A DNA stretch of 64,000 nucleotides from Candidatus Colwellbacteria bacterium (GCA_016176505.1 JACOXB010000010.1:27021-91020), one strand, 5' to 3'. Positions 8,337-17,868 are shown, counted from the stretch's first letter. Program-made: numbers and translations. Notes: a model not told the origin generated them from the letters alone.

Positions 8337-9582
8337 AGCTCAAGAATAAGCCGACAATCCAGCTACTTATTAAAGATAGACTATTTGAAACAAGGCCCAA
8401 AGCCGCCGTGATAAAACCGAAAAACATGGTGAGTGGAATCGCCTCAAGCACGAGGATATTAGATAAAAGTGCGGTTGGTGAAATATAACCGAAACTAGTA
8501 AGCAGAATCGGCGAAACCGCCAGTTGAGCTGAAAAAGTTTGGAGAAAAGTAGTTCGCCAATTTAACCAGCCGTTCTTCCCGAAAAACCGAATCCAGTTTT
8601 TGAATCTCGGATAAAGATAAACAATGCCGATGGTGGCGGCAAAGGATAGCTGGAATCCAAGGTCAAATCTCAAAAGGCTTGGATTTAATAAAAGCATTAG
8701 AAGAGCCGTCAGGGTGATAGCATTTCGGAAACTATAAATCCGGCTTTGGTTTTGAGCCAAAAGTAATATTAAGCCCATAATACCGGCCCGGACTGCTGAA
8801 CTTTGAGCGCCGGTCATTAAAACAAAAGTGGGAATGGTGAAAATACTAAGGTAAAAAGCTTTGCGCCTGCCGATAAGACCGGCGAGCACTCCGGCTAAAG
8901 TCGTGCCGATAATCGCGATGTTATAACCAGAAAGAGCCACAATGTGAGTCGTGCCGCTTTTCCGCAGAGCCTCATCAAATTCTTTAGTAAACTCACTTCG
9001 TTCGCCAAAGAGAAGCCCAGAGAGAAGTGAGGCTTTCTCTTGAGGCAGGACCGAGTTGATATTGGAAACCATTTTTTCTTTCAGTCCAAAAAGGGAGGAT
9101 TTGATAAGGTTCCCCTGGTTTTGGCCAATGACCCTCACTCCGGGTTCGAAAACGAGATTAAGTGAACCGCTTGGTGATTTTTCGATTTTACTATTGACCT
9201 CGAGCACTTCGCCGTAGCCGAATTTCGGCAAAGGCGGAAGATACAACCGGACCTCGCCCTGGTACGGCTCTCTAAGTTTCAAATCCACTTCCTGGCCAGT
9301 CAAAGTATCTTTCGGCTCTCGGAAAACCACGCCCGTGAAGGTCTGCCCATCACCTGACGGTAGAATCTCTTGATTAAGAACGTTATAAAAATGAAAATAG
9401 AAAAACCCGAGAAAACTTATTAAAGACAAGATAAAGATAAACTTCGACCTCAAGCTAAAACCGAACCAGGCCAGAAGAATCGCGAGAATTATCCCGAGCC
9501 AAAAACTAATCTCAAAACTGGCAAACCCAATCCCTAGAATGAAGAAGAGGGCCGAATAAAAAGCGAGATTATAGAGCGGCAT
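8293..9582 (-). CDS. comEC: ComEC/Rec2 competence channel, membrane part (DUF4131 + Competence domain)
   Basis: Polytopic membrane ORF with a ComEC-like middle region (…TGTTHIVALSGYNIAI…). It lies directly upstream of the MBL ORF with a 44-nt out-of-frame overlap, which points to a split or frameshifted single comEC. Confidence 0.7.
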   Translation of the reverse strand: MPLYNLAFYSALFFILGIGFASFEISFWLGIILAILLAWFGFSLRSKFIFILSLISFLGFFYFHFYNVLNQEILPSGDGQTFTGVVFREPKDTLTGQEVDLKLREPYQGEVRLYLPPLPKFGYGEVLEVNSKIEKSPSGSLNLVFEPGVRVIGQNQGNLIKSSLFGLKEKMVSNINSVLPQEKASLLSGLLFGERSEFTKEFDEALRKSGTTHIVALSGYNIAIIGTTLAGVLAGLIGRRKAFYLSIFTIPTFVLMTGAQSSAVRAGIMGLILLLAQNQSRIYSFRNAITLTALLMLLLNPSLLRFDLGFQLSFAATIGIVYLYPRFKNWIRFFGKNGWLNWRTTFLQTFSAQLAVSPILLTSFGYISPTALLSNILVLEAIPLTMFFGFITAALGLVSNSLSLISSWIVGLFLSYEIFVIKLFSLNWL

Positions 9583-9660
9583 TATATCAAAGTTAGAAGT
9601 TTAAAAATTAAAAATCAAAAAGTGGAAAGGCCCGACGTGGACCTTTCCGCGCCGGGCCGA

Positions 9661-9885
9661 CTAGCAGCCAGGGCCGCAGACGTAGTCGTGGAAGAAGCAA
9701 CCCTTGCCTGATCGGCAATCGGGGCATTCTTTTCGACGTTGTTGTGCGCGCGTCCGTGCTGCTTGCGCCAGCAACCGATCAAGCGCCTCTTCCCTCCTCT
9801 TCTCTTCCTCCTCTCTCCGCTTTCGGAGCTCTTGTTCGTGCCTAGAACGCGTGTACCCGATAGCGAACGGTGTCGGCTGAATCAT
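9661..9885 (-). CDS. Hypothetical small protein, Arg/Glu-rich with Cys-rich C-terminus (GC-rich island)
   Basis: 74-aa ORF ending …CPDCRSGKGCFFHDYVCGPGC. It is the third of three co-oriented small ORFs in the GC-rich block. Confidence 0.35.
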   Translation of the reverse strand: MIQPTPFAIGYTRSRHEQELRKRREEEEKRREEALDRLLAQAARTRAQQRRKECPDCRSGKGCFFHDYVCGPGC

Positions 9886-9937
9886 CCCCCCACCGCTCCT
9901 TCGCCTTCTCGTACGCCGCTCCCATCATCTCTCCTTT

Positions 9938-10207
9938 CTAGCATCGATCGCTATGCTCGTAGCACCAAGCCGTACCTTCTCTCTTCGCTGCTGGGCAGCC
10001 ACAACCCTTGCTGTAATCAGCTAGAGATCTGATCGCCCTGGCCTCTAACTCTAGCTCACTGGCTTGGCGGTGAAGCCGCCACGCTTCTTGCTCCAACTCT
10101 CTGGCGCGTTGATCTACGCTCTTGGGTTTGGCTTGCGGAGCAGGAGGACCAGAGGCGGCGGTAGCCCACCGCTCTTCGGCGCGCTGACGAGCTGATTTGG
10201 TCTCCAT
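9938..10207 (-). CDS. Hypothetical small protein with Cys/His-rich C-terminus (GC-rich island)
   Basis: 89-aa ORF ending …CGCPAAKREGTAWCYEHSDRC, co-directional with its neighbours. Confidence 0.35.
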   Translation of the reverse strand: METKSARQRAEERWATAASGPPAPQAKPKSVDQRARELEQEAWRLHRQASELELEARAIRSLADYSKGCGCPAAKREGTAWCYEHSDRC

Positions 10208-10208
10208 C

Positions 10209-10439
10209 TTACTTCTCCTTTCTCTCGTCTTTCAGTCTCATGAACCCGTAGTTGCCGTCAGGCTTCCGACCGAACCACTGACCCGGTGGCGCTTGCCGGT
10301 TCATCTCCCTAACTAGGTCGGCTAGGAACATGTTCGCCCACAATTCGCCGATTACCGGATTCAGTTTCTTCAGCCAGAGCAAGAGTTCGGTGAGCATCTC
10401 CTCCTCTGTCTGATTCGCCGGATTTACCATTCCATCCAC
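10209..10439 (-). CDS. Hypothetical small protein (GC-rich island)
   Basis: 76-aa ORF with a balanced composition (MDGMVNPANQTEEEMLTELLLWLKKLNPVIGELWANMF…). Its stop overlaps the start of the 9938..10207 ORF. Confidence 0.4.
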   Translation of the reverse strand: MDGMVNPANQTEEEMLTELLLWLKKLNPVIGELWANMFLADLVREMNRQAPPGQWFGRKPDGNYGFMRLKDERKEK

Positions 10440-11047
10440 CTCCTTTCTATATTCTCAAGGTTCTGGTGCCGAGTTTCGTCCTTTGCCTATTTCAGGCGGG
10501 ACTCGTCGGGGCGAGTTTGACTCGCCGACTCGGTCTGCCCGGGAGAGCGATTTAGTTTCATCACTCTCCCGGGACCTTGTGCGCGGAGCTAGTCGTCCGG
10601 GTCGTTCGAGTCGTCCCAAATGGCCTCCTCGAACTCCTCGGGGACGCTCTCCCACGCGCACTCCAAGCAGTCGAACCAGTCGTTTCCGTGTTCGCAAAAC
10701 TCTTCCTCTTCCACCTCTTGCTCCTTTCCGTGGGTCTGGCCGCTTAGCTTTGTGCTAGCAGGTCGTCAGGTTGTTTCAAGGTGCTTCCTTGAGGGCGGCT
10801 ATGCCCTCAGGAGGCAGGACGTCCTTGGACTCCGAGCCTCCCGAGGGTATAAAAACCGCCGCGGCTAGCGGCGGTTCGGCCCAGATTGCCTGTTTTAGGT
10901 TTAAAAAATCGCCTTCCCGGCGACCTTTCTCTGACTTTATTTTGGAGCTTCTTTTTCCTGAATCTCCTCATTTTGTCCATATATTATAGCATAGTCGATA
11001 TCGCTTGTCAAGGCCCCCTTTAGCCCCATAAATAAAGGACTTTTGGC

Positions 11048-11569
11048 CTAGAACTCTATCCCCTCTTTAGCCAACTTCCCCTTATTAAGCGGGTGCTTGA
11101 CTTCTTTCATTTCAGTCACAAGATCAGCCTTATCAATAAATGATTGAGGCGCGTCTCGGCCAGTTAGAATCACGATTTTATCTAGCGGAATATTTTTTAA
11201 CACACCGAGGGCTTCTTCTTCGTCGAGCAAGCCAAGCGAAACCGCCACATTGATTTCATCAAGAATAATCATATCCCAAGAACCGCTTGCTAATTCTTTT
11301 TTAAAATAGTCAAAAGCCTTCTCGGCCGCCTCAATGTGTTCACTTTTCGGCAGATTGTCATCCAGAATCCCAACAAATCCCAAACCCCTTTTTTCTAGGC
11401 GAAACTCGCCTTTACCGCGTATTTCCATAAAATCCTCGCCCGCTTTCCAGGAAAGACTCTTAATAAACTGGATCATTAAAACCCGCTTGCCTTGACCAAC
11501 CGCCCGCGCCGCCTGCCCCAAAGCGGCAGTTGTCTTTCCTTTCCCGTTTCCAGTAAAAATTACAAGCAT
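11048..11569 (-). CDS. cobO: Cob(I)yrinic acid a,c-diamide / corrinoid adenosyltransferase (CobO/BtuR family)
   Basis: P-loop TGNGKGKTTAALG and the QFIKS…GE motif. Confidence 0.75.
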   Translation of the reverse strand: MLVIFTGNGKGKTTAALGQAARAVGQGKRVLMIQFIKSLSWKAGEDFMEIRGKGEFRLEKRGLGFVGILDDNLPKSEHIEAAEKAFDYFKKELASGSWDMIILDEINVAVSLGLLDEEEALGVLKNIPLDKIVILTGRDAPQSFIDKADLVTEMKEVKHPLNKGKLAKEGIEF

Positions 11570-11659
11570 GCCCTAATTATAAGCTCAATCTCGAAGAACG
11601 CTTAACCCCCTCTACCCGCTACGCCCGCATTCACTGCTTTGCTATAGTAAAGCGCTCAT

Positions 11660-12043
11660 TTATGGCGGATACATAACACCATACTTTGTCCGGACTGACG
11701 GGCCATATAGTTTTTTCAAATCAGGCGGCGGTTTACGATGGCTATACACTTTTTTCTTTCGCTCGGTCTTACCACGATCGTAGTAACTTCGATAACTTGT
11801 TTCCTTTGTGGCCTTTTTAATAACGCTAATAGTTTGAGATGAAAGCCAAAGTTCCTCAGCAATCTGGCGATAGCTCTTCCCTAGACGCAGTTTTTCCATC
11901 ACCGCGGTACGCAAAACTAAATTGCGACGTTCATAAGGGGTGACTAGCCGCATTAAAAGCGGCTGTGACTTTGAGATCTTTCGCCAGCAAGCCTCTTCCC
12001 ATTTTTGGCGCGAAGAGTAATTACTAATCGGGGGCAAATTCAT
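11660..12043 (-). CDS. TrpR/YerC-YecD family helix-turn-helix regulator
   Basis: The segment RNLVLRTAVMEKLRLGKSYRQIAEELWLSSQTISVIKKA matches the TrpR-like HTH. Confidence 0.55.
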   Translation of the reverse strand: MNLPPISNYSSRQKWEEACWRKISKSQPLLMRLVTPYERRNLVLRTAVMEKLRLGKSYRQIAEELWLSSQTISVIKKATKETSYRSYYDRGKTERKKKVYSHRKPPPDLKKLYGPSVRTKYGVMYPP

Positions 12044-12071
12044 GGCGATGAATATCAGTTTAATTTATTCT

Positions 12072-12105
12072 ATCATACTGCTTTGCTGTAGCAAAGCAGT
12101 ATGAT
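12072..12105. promoter_or_regulatory. Perfect 16+2+16 bp palindrome ATCATACTGCTTTGCT-gt-AGCAAAGCAGTATGAT upstream of the TrpR-like gene
   Basis: Read directly. It shares the core GCTTTG…CAAAGC with the second palindrome at 12157..12188. Confidence 0.6.
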
Positions 12106-12156
12106 ATCTTAGTCTCGTTAACGTCAGATACCATTAATGTCGTTGATACTAGCGCT

Positions 12157-12188
12157 ACTAAGTGCTTTGATGCATCAAAGCACTTAGT
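12157..12188. promoter_or_regulatory. Perfect 32-bp palindrome ACTAAGTGCTTTGATG/CATCAAAGCACTTAGT
   Basis: Read directly. It is the second of two related palindromes in the 190-bp upstream region of 11660..12043. Confidence 0.6.
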
Positions 12189-12279
12189 ATGAAATTAATC
12201 GGGTTTATAGAATTAATCAGGTTAAGATGTTTAAAAACGTGAAGCCCCCGTCATGAAGACCGGGGGCTGTAGGCAGCGA

Positions 12280-12564
12280 TTATGCGTGTCCTCCGAGGGC
12301 GAAACGAAGTTTTTCGCTGGTCTCAGAATCCAACACGACCATGTTCCGCCTTGGGGTCTTCTGGGAACCCGGAACAGGCATGCCGTGCTGACGGAAGACC
12401 TCCTCCTCGGCCTTGTCGATCGCCTCGAGCCCGAGACCGAACCCCATCGCCGTGAGGCCGACGAGTAGCCCGTTCGTTGCCTCATGGGGCTTGAGCCAAC
12501 CCATGAGACGACCCACGAGCACCAGACCGTTCCAAACCGCACCAACCTTGATCAGGGGATTCAT
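12280..12564 (-). CDS. Hypothetical small membrane protein in GC-rich block
   Basis: ORF (start taken at the internal Met, MNPLIKVGAVWNGLVLVGRLMGWL…) with two hydrophobic helices. The local GC content is clearly above that of its neighbours. Confidence 0.3.
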   Translation of the reverse strand: MNPLIKVGAVWNGLVLVGRLMGWLKPHEATNGLLVGLTAMGFGLGLEAIDKAEEEVFRQHGMPVPGSQKTPRRNMVVLDSETSEKLRFALGGHA

Positions 12565-12633
12565 GTCCCCTCCTTTCCGACTCGAAGAACAACAGTTGTG
12601 CTTGGCTGAAAGTAACACTAGTTTCTCGTTCCG

Positions 12634-13743
12634 TCAACCAATTATTACTCCGCCGCCGAGCATCTCGTACCCGTAACCCGCCTTCGCTCCGCTACGGCAA
12701 GGCAAGTAAAAAACAGCTGATTGTCCCGGAGCTACAAATTTTTGAGGATGCTCAAAAAATACCCTGTACCTGGTGCCTGGCACACTGTACAGTTTTGCGG
12801 GAACAAGCGGCTGGCGATAACGAACCCGAACGAAAATATCGCCTCCCTCTATTGGGTTGATAAAATTGACGTCGGTGAGTTCGATTTCGTTTCGATAAAG
12901 AGACTCATCGCTCTCCCTGGCAAGAACAACCGTATTTTTCTCGACGTCTTTTTCAGCTACGTAATGAGGTTCATTTAAGGCGACCCCTAAGCCATGACGC
13001 TGGCCAATAGTGTAAAAATGAGCACCGGAATGAGCGCCGACTACTTTCCCATCGCTATCGAAAACTCTCCCCTGTTTTTGGGGAAGATATTCGCTTAAGA
13101 ATTCTTCAAGCGTTACCTTGCCGACAAAACAAATACCTTGAGAATCTTTTTTCTCGGCTGTCGGCAATCCCGCATCTCTCGCCATCTTTCGCACCTCACT
13201 TTTTAGATAATCGCCAATCGGAAAAAGACAATACTTTAACTGCTCTTGAGTCAAAGTCCATAAAAAATACGACTGGTCCTTCTGCTCGTCCCGAGCAATT
13301 TTCAATTTCCAATTTTCAGTTTTCAAATCTTTTTCAAGTCGAGCGTAATGACCAGTCGAGATGTAATCCGCTCCCATCGCGAGCGCTTTTTCTAAAAACA
13401 AGCCGAACTTGATTTCCTTATTGCACATCACATCCGGATTCGGCGTTAAGCCTCGCCGATAGCCTTCAATCATGTAATCAACCACTTTTGCCTTGTATTC
13501 TTTTTCGAGATCAAGCACATAAAATGGGATGCCGAGGTGATTGGCCACCCTTCTCGCATCATCGGCTTCTTTTACATCACAGCCATCCCGATTCCAGCAG
13601 CGCAAATGAATCCCGGTTACCTCATATCCCTGGTTTCTTAATAATAATGCCGCAACGGATGAATCAACGCCGCCGGACATTGCCACAAAAACCCTTCGAC
13701 TACGCTCAGGGCTTTCAGCTTTCTTGTTATACTCGTTCCGCAT
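12634..13743 (-). CDS. mnmA: tRNA-specific 2-thiouridylase MnmA
   Basis: PP-loop VAMSGGVDSSVAA, plus conserved Cys residues. Confidence 0.85.
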   Translation of the reverse strand: MRNEYNKKAESPERSRRVFVAMSGGVDSSVAALLLRNQGYEVTGIHLRCWNRDGCDVKEADDARRVANHLGIPFYVLDLEKEYKAKVVDYMIEGYRRGLTPNPDVMCNKEIKFGLFLEKALAMGADYISTGHYARLEKDLKTENWKLKIARDEQKDQSYFLWTLTQEQLKYCLFPIGDYLKSEVRKMARDAGLPTAEKKDSQGICFVGKVTLEEFLSEYLPQKQGRVFDSDGKVVGAHSGAHFYTIGQRHGLGVALNEPHYVAEKDVEKNTVVLARESDESLYRNEIELTDVNFINPIEGGDIFVRVRYRQPLVPAKLYSVPGTRYRVFFEHPQKFVAPGQSAVFYLPCRSGAKAGYGYEMLGGGVIIG

Positions 13744-14296
13744 ATTCTCCAGTTTGAGTATTAATTCTCACAATATCGCCTTCATCTACAAAAAGAGGAA
13801 CATTTATTTTAGCCCCGCCTTCAATTGTCACTATCTTAGTGCCGCCGGCAGCCGTACTGCCACGGATAGCAGGCGGTGCCTCAATCACGCGATACTCTGC
13901 CTTAATCGGCAGTTCAATACTAAAAATTTCCCCTTCTTTGTCAAACCTAAAAGCAATTACATTCATTTTCGGTTTTAAAAAAACCCTTGATGCCCCCAAA
14001 TCCTCCTCGCCGAGCCTAAACCGATTAGCTGGCTTGCCCTTTTCATGGAACCAATACTCATCTCTTTTTGCGTAGACAAACTCGGCCTCCACTCTTTCAA
14101 GCTCGGCCTCTTCAAATTTATCTCCGGGCTTAAAGTTTCGACTGACTAAACGGCCAGTTTTAACCTGCCGGAGTTTTGTCTGGACTACGGCTCCGCCCCG
14201 ACCCATGTGAAGATGGCTTACCTCAAGAACAGCGTGCGGTCCTTCAGGTAAAATAATAATTTTCCCCTTTTTAAGGTCATTGATTGAAAGGCTCAT
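13727..14296 (-). CDS. efp: Elongation factor P
   Basis: 189 aa, with the KPGKGGAVVQTKLRQVKTG-like loop and three OB-like domains. Confidence 0.85.
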   Translation of the reverse strand: MSLSINDLKKGKIIILPEGPHAVLEVSHLHMGRGGAVVQTKLRQVKTGRLVSRNFKPGDKFEEAELERVEAEFVYAKRDEYWFHEKGKPANRFRLGEEDLGASRVFLKPKMNVIAFRFDKEGEIFSIELPIKAEYRVIEAPPAIRGSTAAGGTKIVTIEGGAKINVPLFVDEGDIVRINTQTGEYAERV

Positions 14297-15731
14297 TTCC
14301 TCCTAAAGCTTTTCTTAGTCTTTCCCGGTCAATTTCTTTTCTCTTTTTCTCTGGTCGAGGCGGCGGCGTTTTTAATATCTCAAGCTCCCGTTCACCTCGC
14401 CGCTCCACTTTTTGCTGGATTAACTCTGTCTCGCCCAGCCACTCACCATGAATTTTTTTCTCCACCATTTCTCTCGCGGTCGCATAAAGTCGACGGGTGT
14501 TTTCAATAATGTCATCAACAAAAGATTCTTTAGGCAACGGCGTTGGCGGCAGGGTTACGGCTGAAAATGGCCGTGAGGCAATGCCGTCAATCATCATCCG
14601 CACATAAATACTATGTTTAGCTAAATTGACCAAATCGCTCTCGTCAAAATAGGGGACGAATTCTTTCTCCAGAAACTCGGCGTCCTCTGGCCCAACCCGA
14701 AAAACAATCATCGTGCCGACATTGCCGAAAATGGCGTCTTTCACCGCCGTATAAGTCCGGCCCATTTCACCGGTGAGCTGGCCAATATACTGGTGAGCCA
14801 AAACTAGATCCAGACGATACTTTCTCGCCTCGGAAAGAATATTGGCAAAAGATTCGGTCGAAAAGTGCTGGAACTCATCAAGATAAAGAAAGAAGTCGCG
14901 TCGTTCTTCCTCCGGTATATCAACCCGGCGCATGGCCGCAACCTGGAGCCGAGTCACAAGCAAAGCGCCAAGAAGCGAAGAGTTTTCTTCGCCAATTCGG
15001 CCCCGAGCTAAGTTGGCAATCAGAATTTTCCCCTCATCCATAACCTGGCGCAGATTCATTGAAGAATGGGGTTGGCCAATAATATTTCTGATTAAAGGGT
15101 TTGAAACAAACTGCCCTACTTTATTTAAAATGGCGGCCACGGCTTCAACTTCAAATCTTTCTGAATATCTAGAAAATTCATTCACCCAGAAGCTTTTGAC
15201 CACCGGATCAGTTAAATTAGCGACGAGTTTATCGCGATATTTTTTGTCTGAAAGAATGCGAACAATGCCAAGCAGAGTCGCGTCCGGATATTCGAGCAGA
15301 GTTAAAAGAGCATTATTTAAGATGTATTCCATTCTGGCCGACCAAACATCAGGCCAGATTTTTTTGAAAACTCCAAGTACGCCTGCGGCTATTAAGTGCC
15401 GCTGAGACTCCGAAACCCGTTCGAGCGGGTTAAAACCAATGGGGTATTCCGTATCATGGGGAGCAAAATACACTACATCGGCCGCTCTTTCTTCCGGCAC
15501 TAGACGCAGGATTTTTTCGGCAAACTCGCCGTGCGGATCAAGTAATCCCACGCCGCGGCCAGCCATAATGTCGTTCACAATCATATTCTCCATCATGGTG
15601 GTTTTGCCCACTCCGGTTTTCCCGACAATATAAATATGCCGGCGCCGATCGTCGGTTTTAATACCGAACTTCACATTCCGATTACGGAAGTTAGTCTGGC
15701 CAATAATGGTTGTATCAGATCCGATAAGCAT
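14277..15731 (-). CDS. Type IV coupling-protein-like ATPase (VirD4/TraG/TraD family, soluble form)
   Basis: Walker A VGKTGVGKTT, DPHGEF and YLDEFQHF motifs typical of T4SS DNA-transfer ATPases. No N-terminal TM segment. Confidence 0.6.
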   Translation of the reverse strand: MLIGSDTTIIGQTNFRNRNVKFGIKTDDRRRHIYIVGKTGVGKTTMMENMIVNDIMAGRGVGLLDPHGEFAEKILRLVPEERAADVVYFAPHDTEYPIGFNPLERVSESQRHLIAAGVLGVFKKIWPDVWSARMEYILNNALLTLLEYPDATLLGIVRILSDKKYRDKLVANLTDPVVKSFWVNEFSRYSERFEVEAVAAILNKVGQFVSNPLIRNIIGQPHSSMNLRQVMDEGKILIANLARGRIGEENSSLLGALLVTRLQVAAMRRVDIPEEERRDFFLYLDEFQHFSTESFANILSEARKYRLDLVLAHQYIGQLTGEMGRTYTAVKDAIFGNVGTMIVFRVGPEDAEFLEKEFVPYFDESDLVNLAKHSIYVRMMIDGIASRPFSAVTLPPTPLPKESFVDDIIENTRRLYATAREMVEKKIHGEWLGETELIQQKVERRGERELEILKTPPPRPEKKRKEIDRERLRKALGGNEPFNQ

Positions 15732-15743
15732 TACGCCCTTATT

Positions 15744-17084
15744 CTACTCCTCTATTACCGGAAGGTTAATCGGTGCCTCACCTTTCCTAGCCTCAAGGGC
15801 TCTGACTCTTGCCGGTGTTACTGCGGTAGTGGGCACATGAAAAAGGGTGGCTAACTCTTCAGTGTTAAAAACGCTTGTTTTTAGCTCAAGGCCAAAGCGA
15901 AGCGGCACTGGCTGAGGTATATCCCGGTTAACATAGTGCAGCCAGATAAATTTTCGCCTCCGTTCAAGCCGAACTTGGCGCATCTTCTTAGTTATCCTGA
16001 ATGGTTTGGCTATAAAGTAAGCCGAAGTCATGGTTAGGAAATTAGGTTTTATCGAATTCAGATTATAGGTATTAAAGTGCCGCGTCGCGCCGAAAAAGGC
16101 ATCGACGTTCTCGCCCGTAAAAGCGTCTCGATTATCAATGTAAACCATCCGCCACAGCGCTTCGAAGCCAAGTTTTGATAACTTATTCTCAACTGCTTTT
16201 AGGGCATCTTGCTCGCCCGGAGTAGTACGCGGAGGAGGTTCGGCCGGTTTATCGCCGCCGGCTCCCCACTCAGGTTCCTTAACCAGCGCCACCATAAAAT
16301 TCTTTAAAAATTGGCTAGTCGAACCGAACCGGTCTTTCTTTTCTTCTTTTTTTCGGCCGGATACTTTATCAACTACTTCTTTCCCTTTTTTCACCCAGTC
16401 ATCGCTCACCGGCCTTATTAAAAGCTGGCTCAATAATCTTTCGTCTCCCCTTAGATTGGCAACTGCTTCGATAATAACACCAATAGGATCTACCAACTCT
16501 TCTTCAGTGCTTGCTTCAAAAGTAGGATAGGTTTTAATCGGGTAAGCATCTTCTCTCGCGAGAATTAGGTCAGTGCCAAATAATTGGAGTTTCTCATTCG
16601 GTAAATTAGGCGCTATTTCATTAATGTAATCAGGCACTTCTTCAAGTTCAGCCTCGGGATACTGAGAGAAAAAAGATGCTTCTACAAGCTTGCGAAATTC
16701 GGCTGGCGCTCGGACGAAAAAACGAACACCGGAGGCCTCACCAACCATCTCGAATGACATCCAATTTTCAACCTTACCTTTGGTATAGCGATCTTTTCGG
16801 CCGGGCGGATAAGTAATCTGATAAAGGTTGGCAAAAACCTGCTCCATGGCCTTGGCTGATTTCAAGTTCTCCCGGGGAATTTTAATCTCGAGTAGTACCC
16901 ATTTAATCGAGCGGATATAAGCCCGGGTGATGTCTGTCAGCCACCATTCGCGAAAAATTACCGCGATTGTGACGGGAATAATAAACCACCAGAAAGATAG
17001 GACGGATTCGATGCCTGATTCGAAGATTTCCTCAATCATTGATGGCGTAAGTGCCCCGGCCAACCAAAACAAACCGCGGATCAC
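15744..17084 (-). CDS. Hypothetical membrane-anchored protein (possible partner of the coupling-protein-like ATPase)
   Basis: 446-aa ORF with two N-terminal TM helices. No recognisable motifs. Tightly packed between the ATPase and the sigma-r4 ORF. Confidence 0.5.
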   Translation of the reverse strand: MIRGLFWLAGALTPSMIEEIFESGIESVLSFWWFIIPVTIAVIFREWWLTDITRAYIRSIKWVLLEIKIPRENLKSAKAMEQVFANLYQITYPPGRKDRYTKGKVENWMSFEMVGEASGVRFFVRAPAEFRKLVEASFFSQYPEAELEEVPDYINEIAPNLPNEKLQLFGTDLILAREDAYPIKTYPTFEASTEEELVDPIGVIIEAVANLRGDERLLSQLLIRPVSDDWVKKGKEVVDKVSGRKKEEKKDRFGSTSQFLKNFMVALVKEPEWGAGGDKPAEPPPRTTPGEQDALKAVENKLSKLGFEALWRMVYIDNRDAFTGENVDAFFGATRHFNTYNLNSIKPNFLTMTSAYFIAKPFRITKKMRQVRLERRRKFIWLHYVNRDIPQPVPLRFGLELKTSVFNTEELATLFHVPTTAVTPARVRALEARKGEAPINLPVIEE

Positions 17085-17868
17085 GAATTAACTCATTGTG
17101 AACCGTGGCCGGAGCCCTTTTCCGCTCATCTAAGCTGTTAACTAAGCGCGCAATTTCAGTAAAGTGAAGCGGATTATCAGATTTCTTAAGCACGAGGTAG
17201 GCCTTATCGCGCACTGTCTTTGGCGCCACGTGAACCCAGTGGTCCGCGCCGAGATCCCCATAAGGACCGCTGGCGAATCTTTTCGAAAGCGTTAAATAGT
17301 TAACCACTAATGGTTCGGGGATTTTATATTTAGGCACAACAACGGCCAGGTACCGGCTAAAATCATGTTTATCCAAACTTAGGAGATGGCGAACCAAATC
17401 CTCGGCTTTCTGCAAAACTTTTGGTTCGGTATACCAGACCAAATGCCATTCGTCATTCGATCGATTAATTAGCGGCCGCTCTAAAACTTTAGCCAGAAAA
17501 TGAAGCTGATTATAAAGCAGGTCTTCGCCGCGCTTATCATCCAAAAGAATTGAAAAATCCCGAGCCAAAAAATCACTCCGCCGCAGGCCGCCAACATCGG
17601 TTAAATAAGTCTCGACTAATTTTAAAAATTTGGCTGCTTCTTCATGGGCTTTAATTTTGGCCCGAATCGAGTCAAGAAAAGCAGCTTCAATCTGCCTCAC
17701 TCGCTCTCGAGTCAGACTATATTCATCCCCCAAATCAGCCAAAGTCCTTGTTTTCGGCGATTCAAGCCCATAGCGATGGCTCACAATCCGCCTAGTTCTT
17801 TTGTCAGCCCCGCCTAATGCCTCAGAAATTAAGGCATCAAGATCAAATCCCTCTTTAGTGCTTAACAT
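17032..17868 (-). CDS. Sigma-70 region-4 HTH domain protein (not a full sigma factor)
   Basis: The N-terminal segment RRIVSHRYGL…TLADLGDEYSLTRERVRQIE matches the region 4.2 HTH. The remaining ~200 aa are uncharacterised. Confidence 0.5.
   Translation of the reverse strand: MLSTKEGFDLDALISEALGGADKRTRRIVSHRYGLESPKTRTLADLGDEYSLTRERVRQIEAAFLDSIRAKIKAHEEAAKFLKLVETYLTDVGGLRRSDFLARDFSILLDDKRGEDLLYNQLHFLAKVLERPLINRSNDEWHLVWYTEPKVLQKAEDLVRHLLSLDKHDFSRYLAVVVPKYKIPEPLVVNYLTLSKRFASGPYGDLGADHWVHVAPKTVRDKAYLVLKKSDNPLHFTEIARLVNSLDERKRAPATVHNELIRDPRFVLVGRGTYAIND

Noticed and set aside
10455-10868. Arg/Pro/Ser-rich ORFs 10455..10697 (-), 10483..10758 (+), 10620..10868 (+)
   Set aside because: All are low-complexity and overlap one another in GC-rich non-coding-looking DNA. 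They are typical spurious ORFs.
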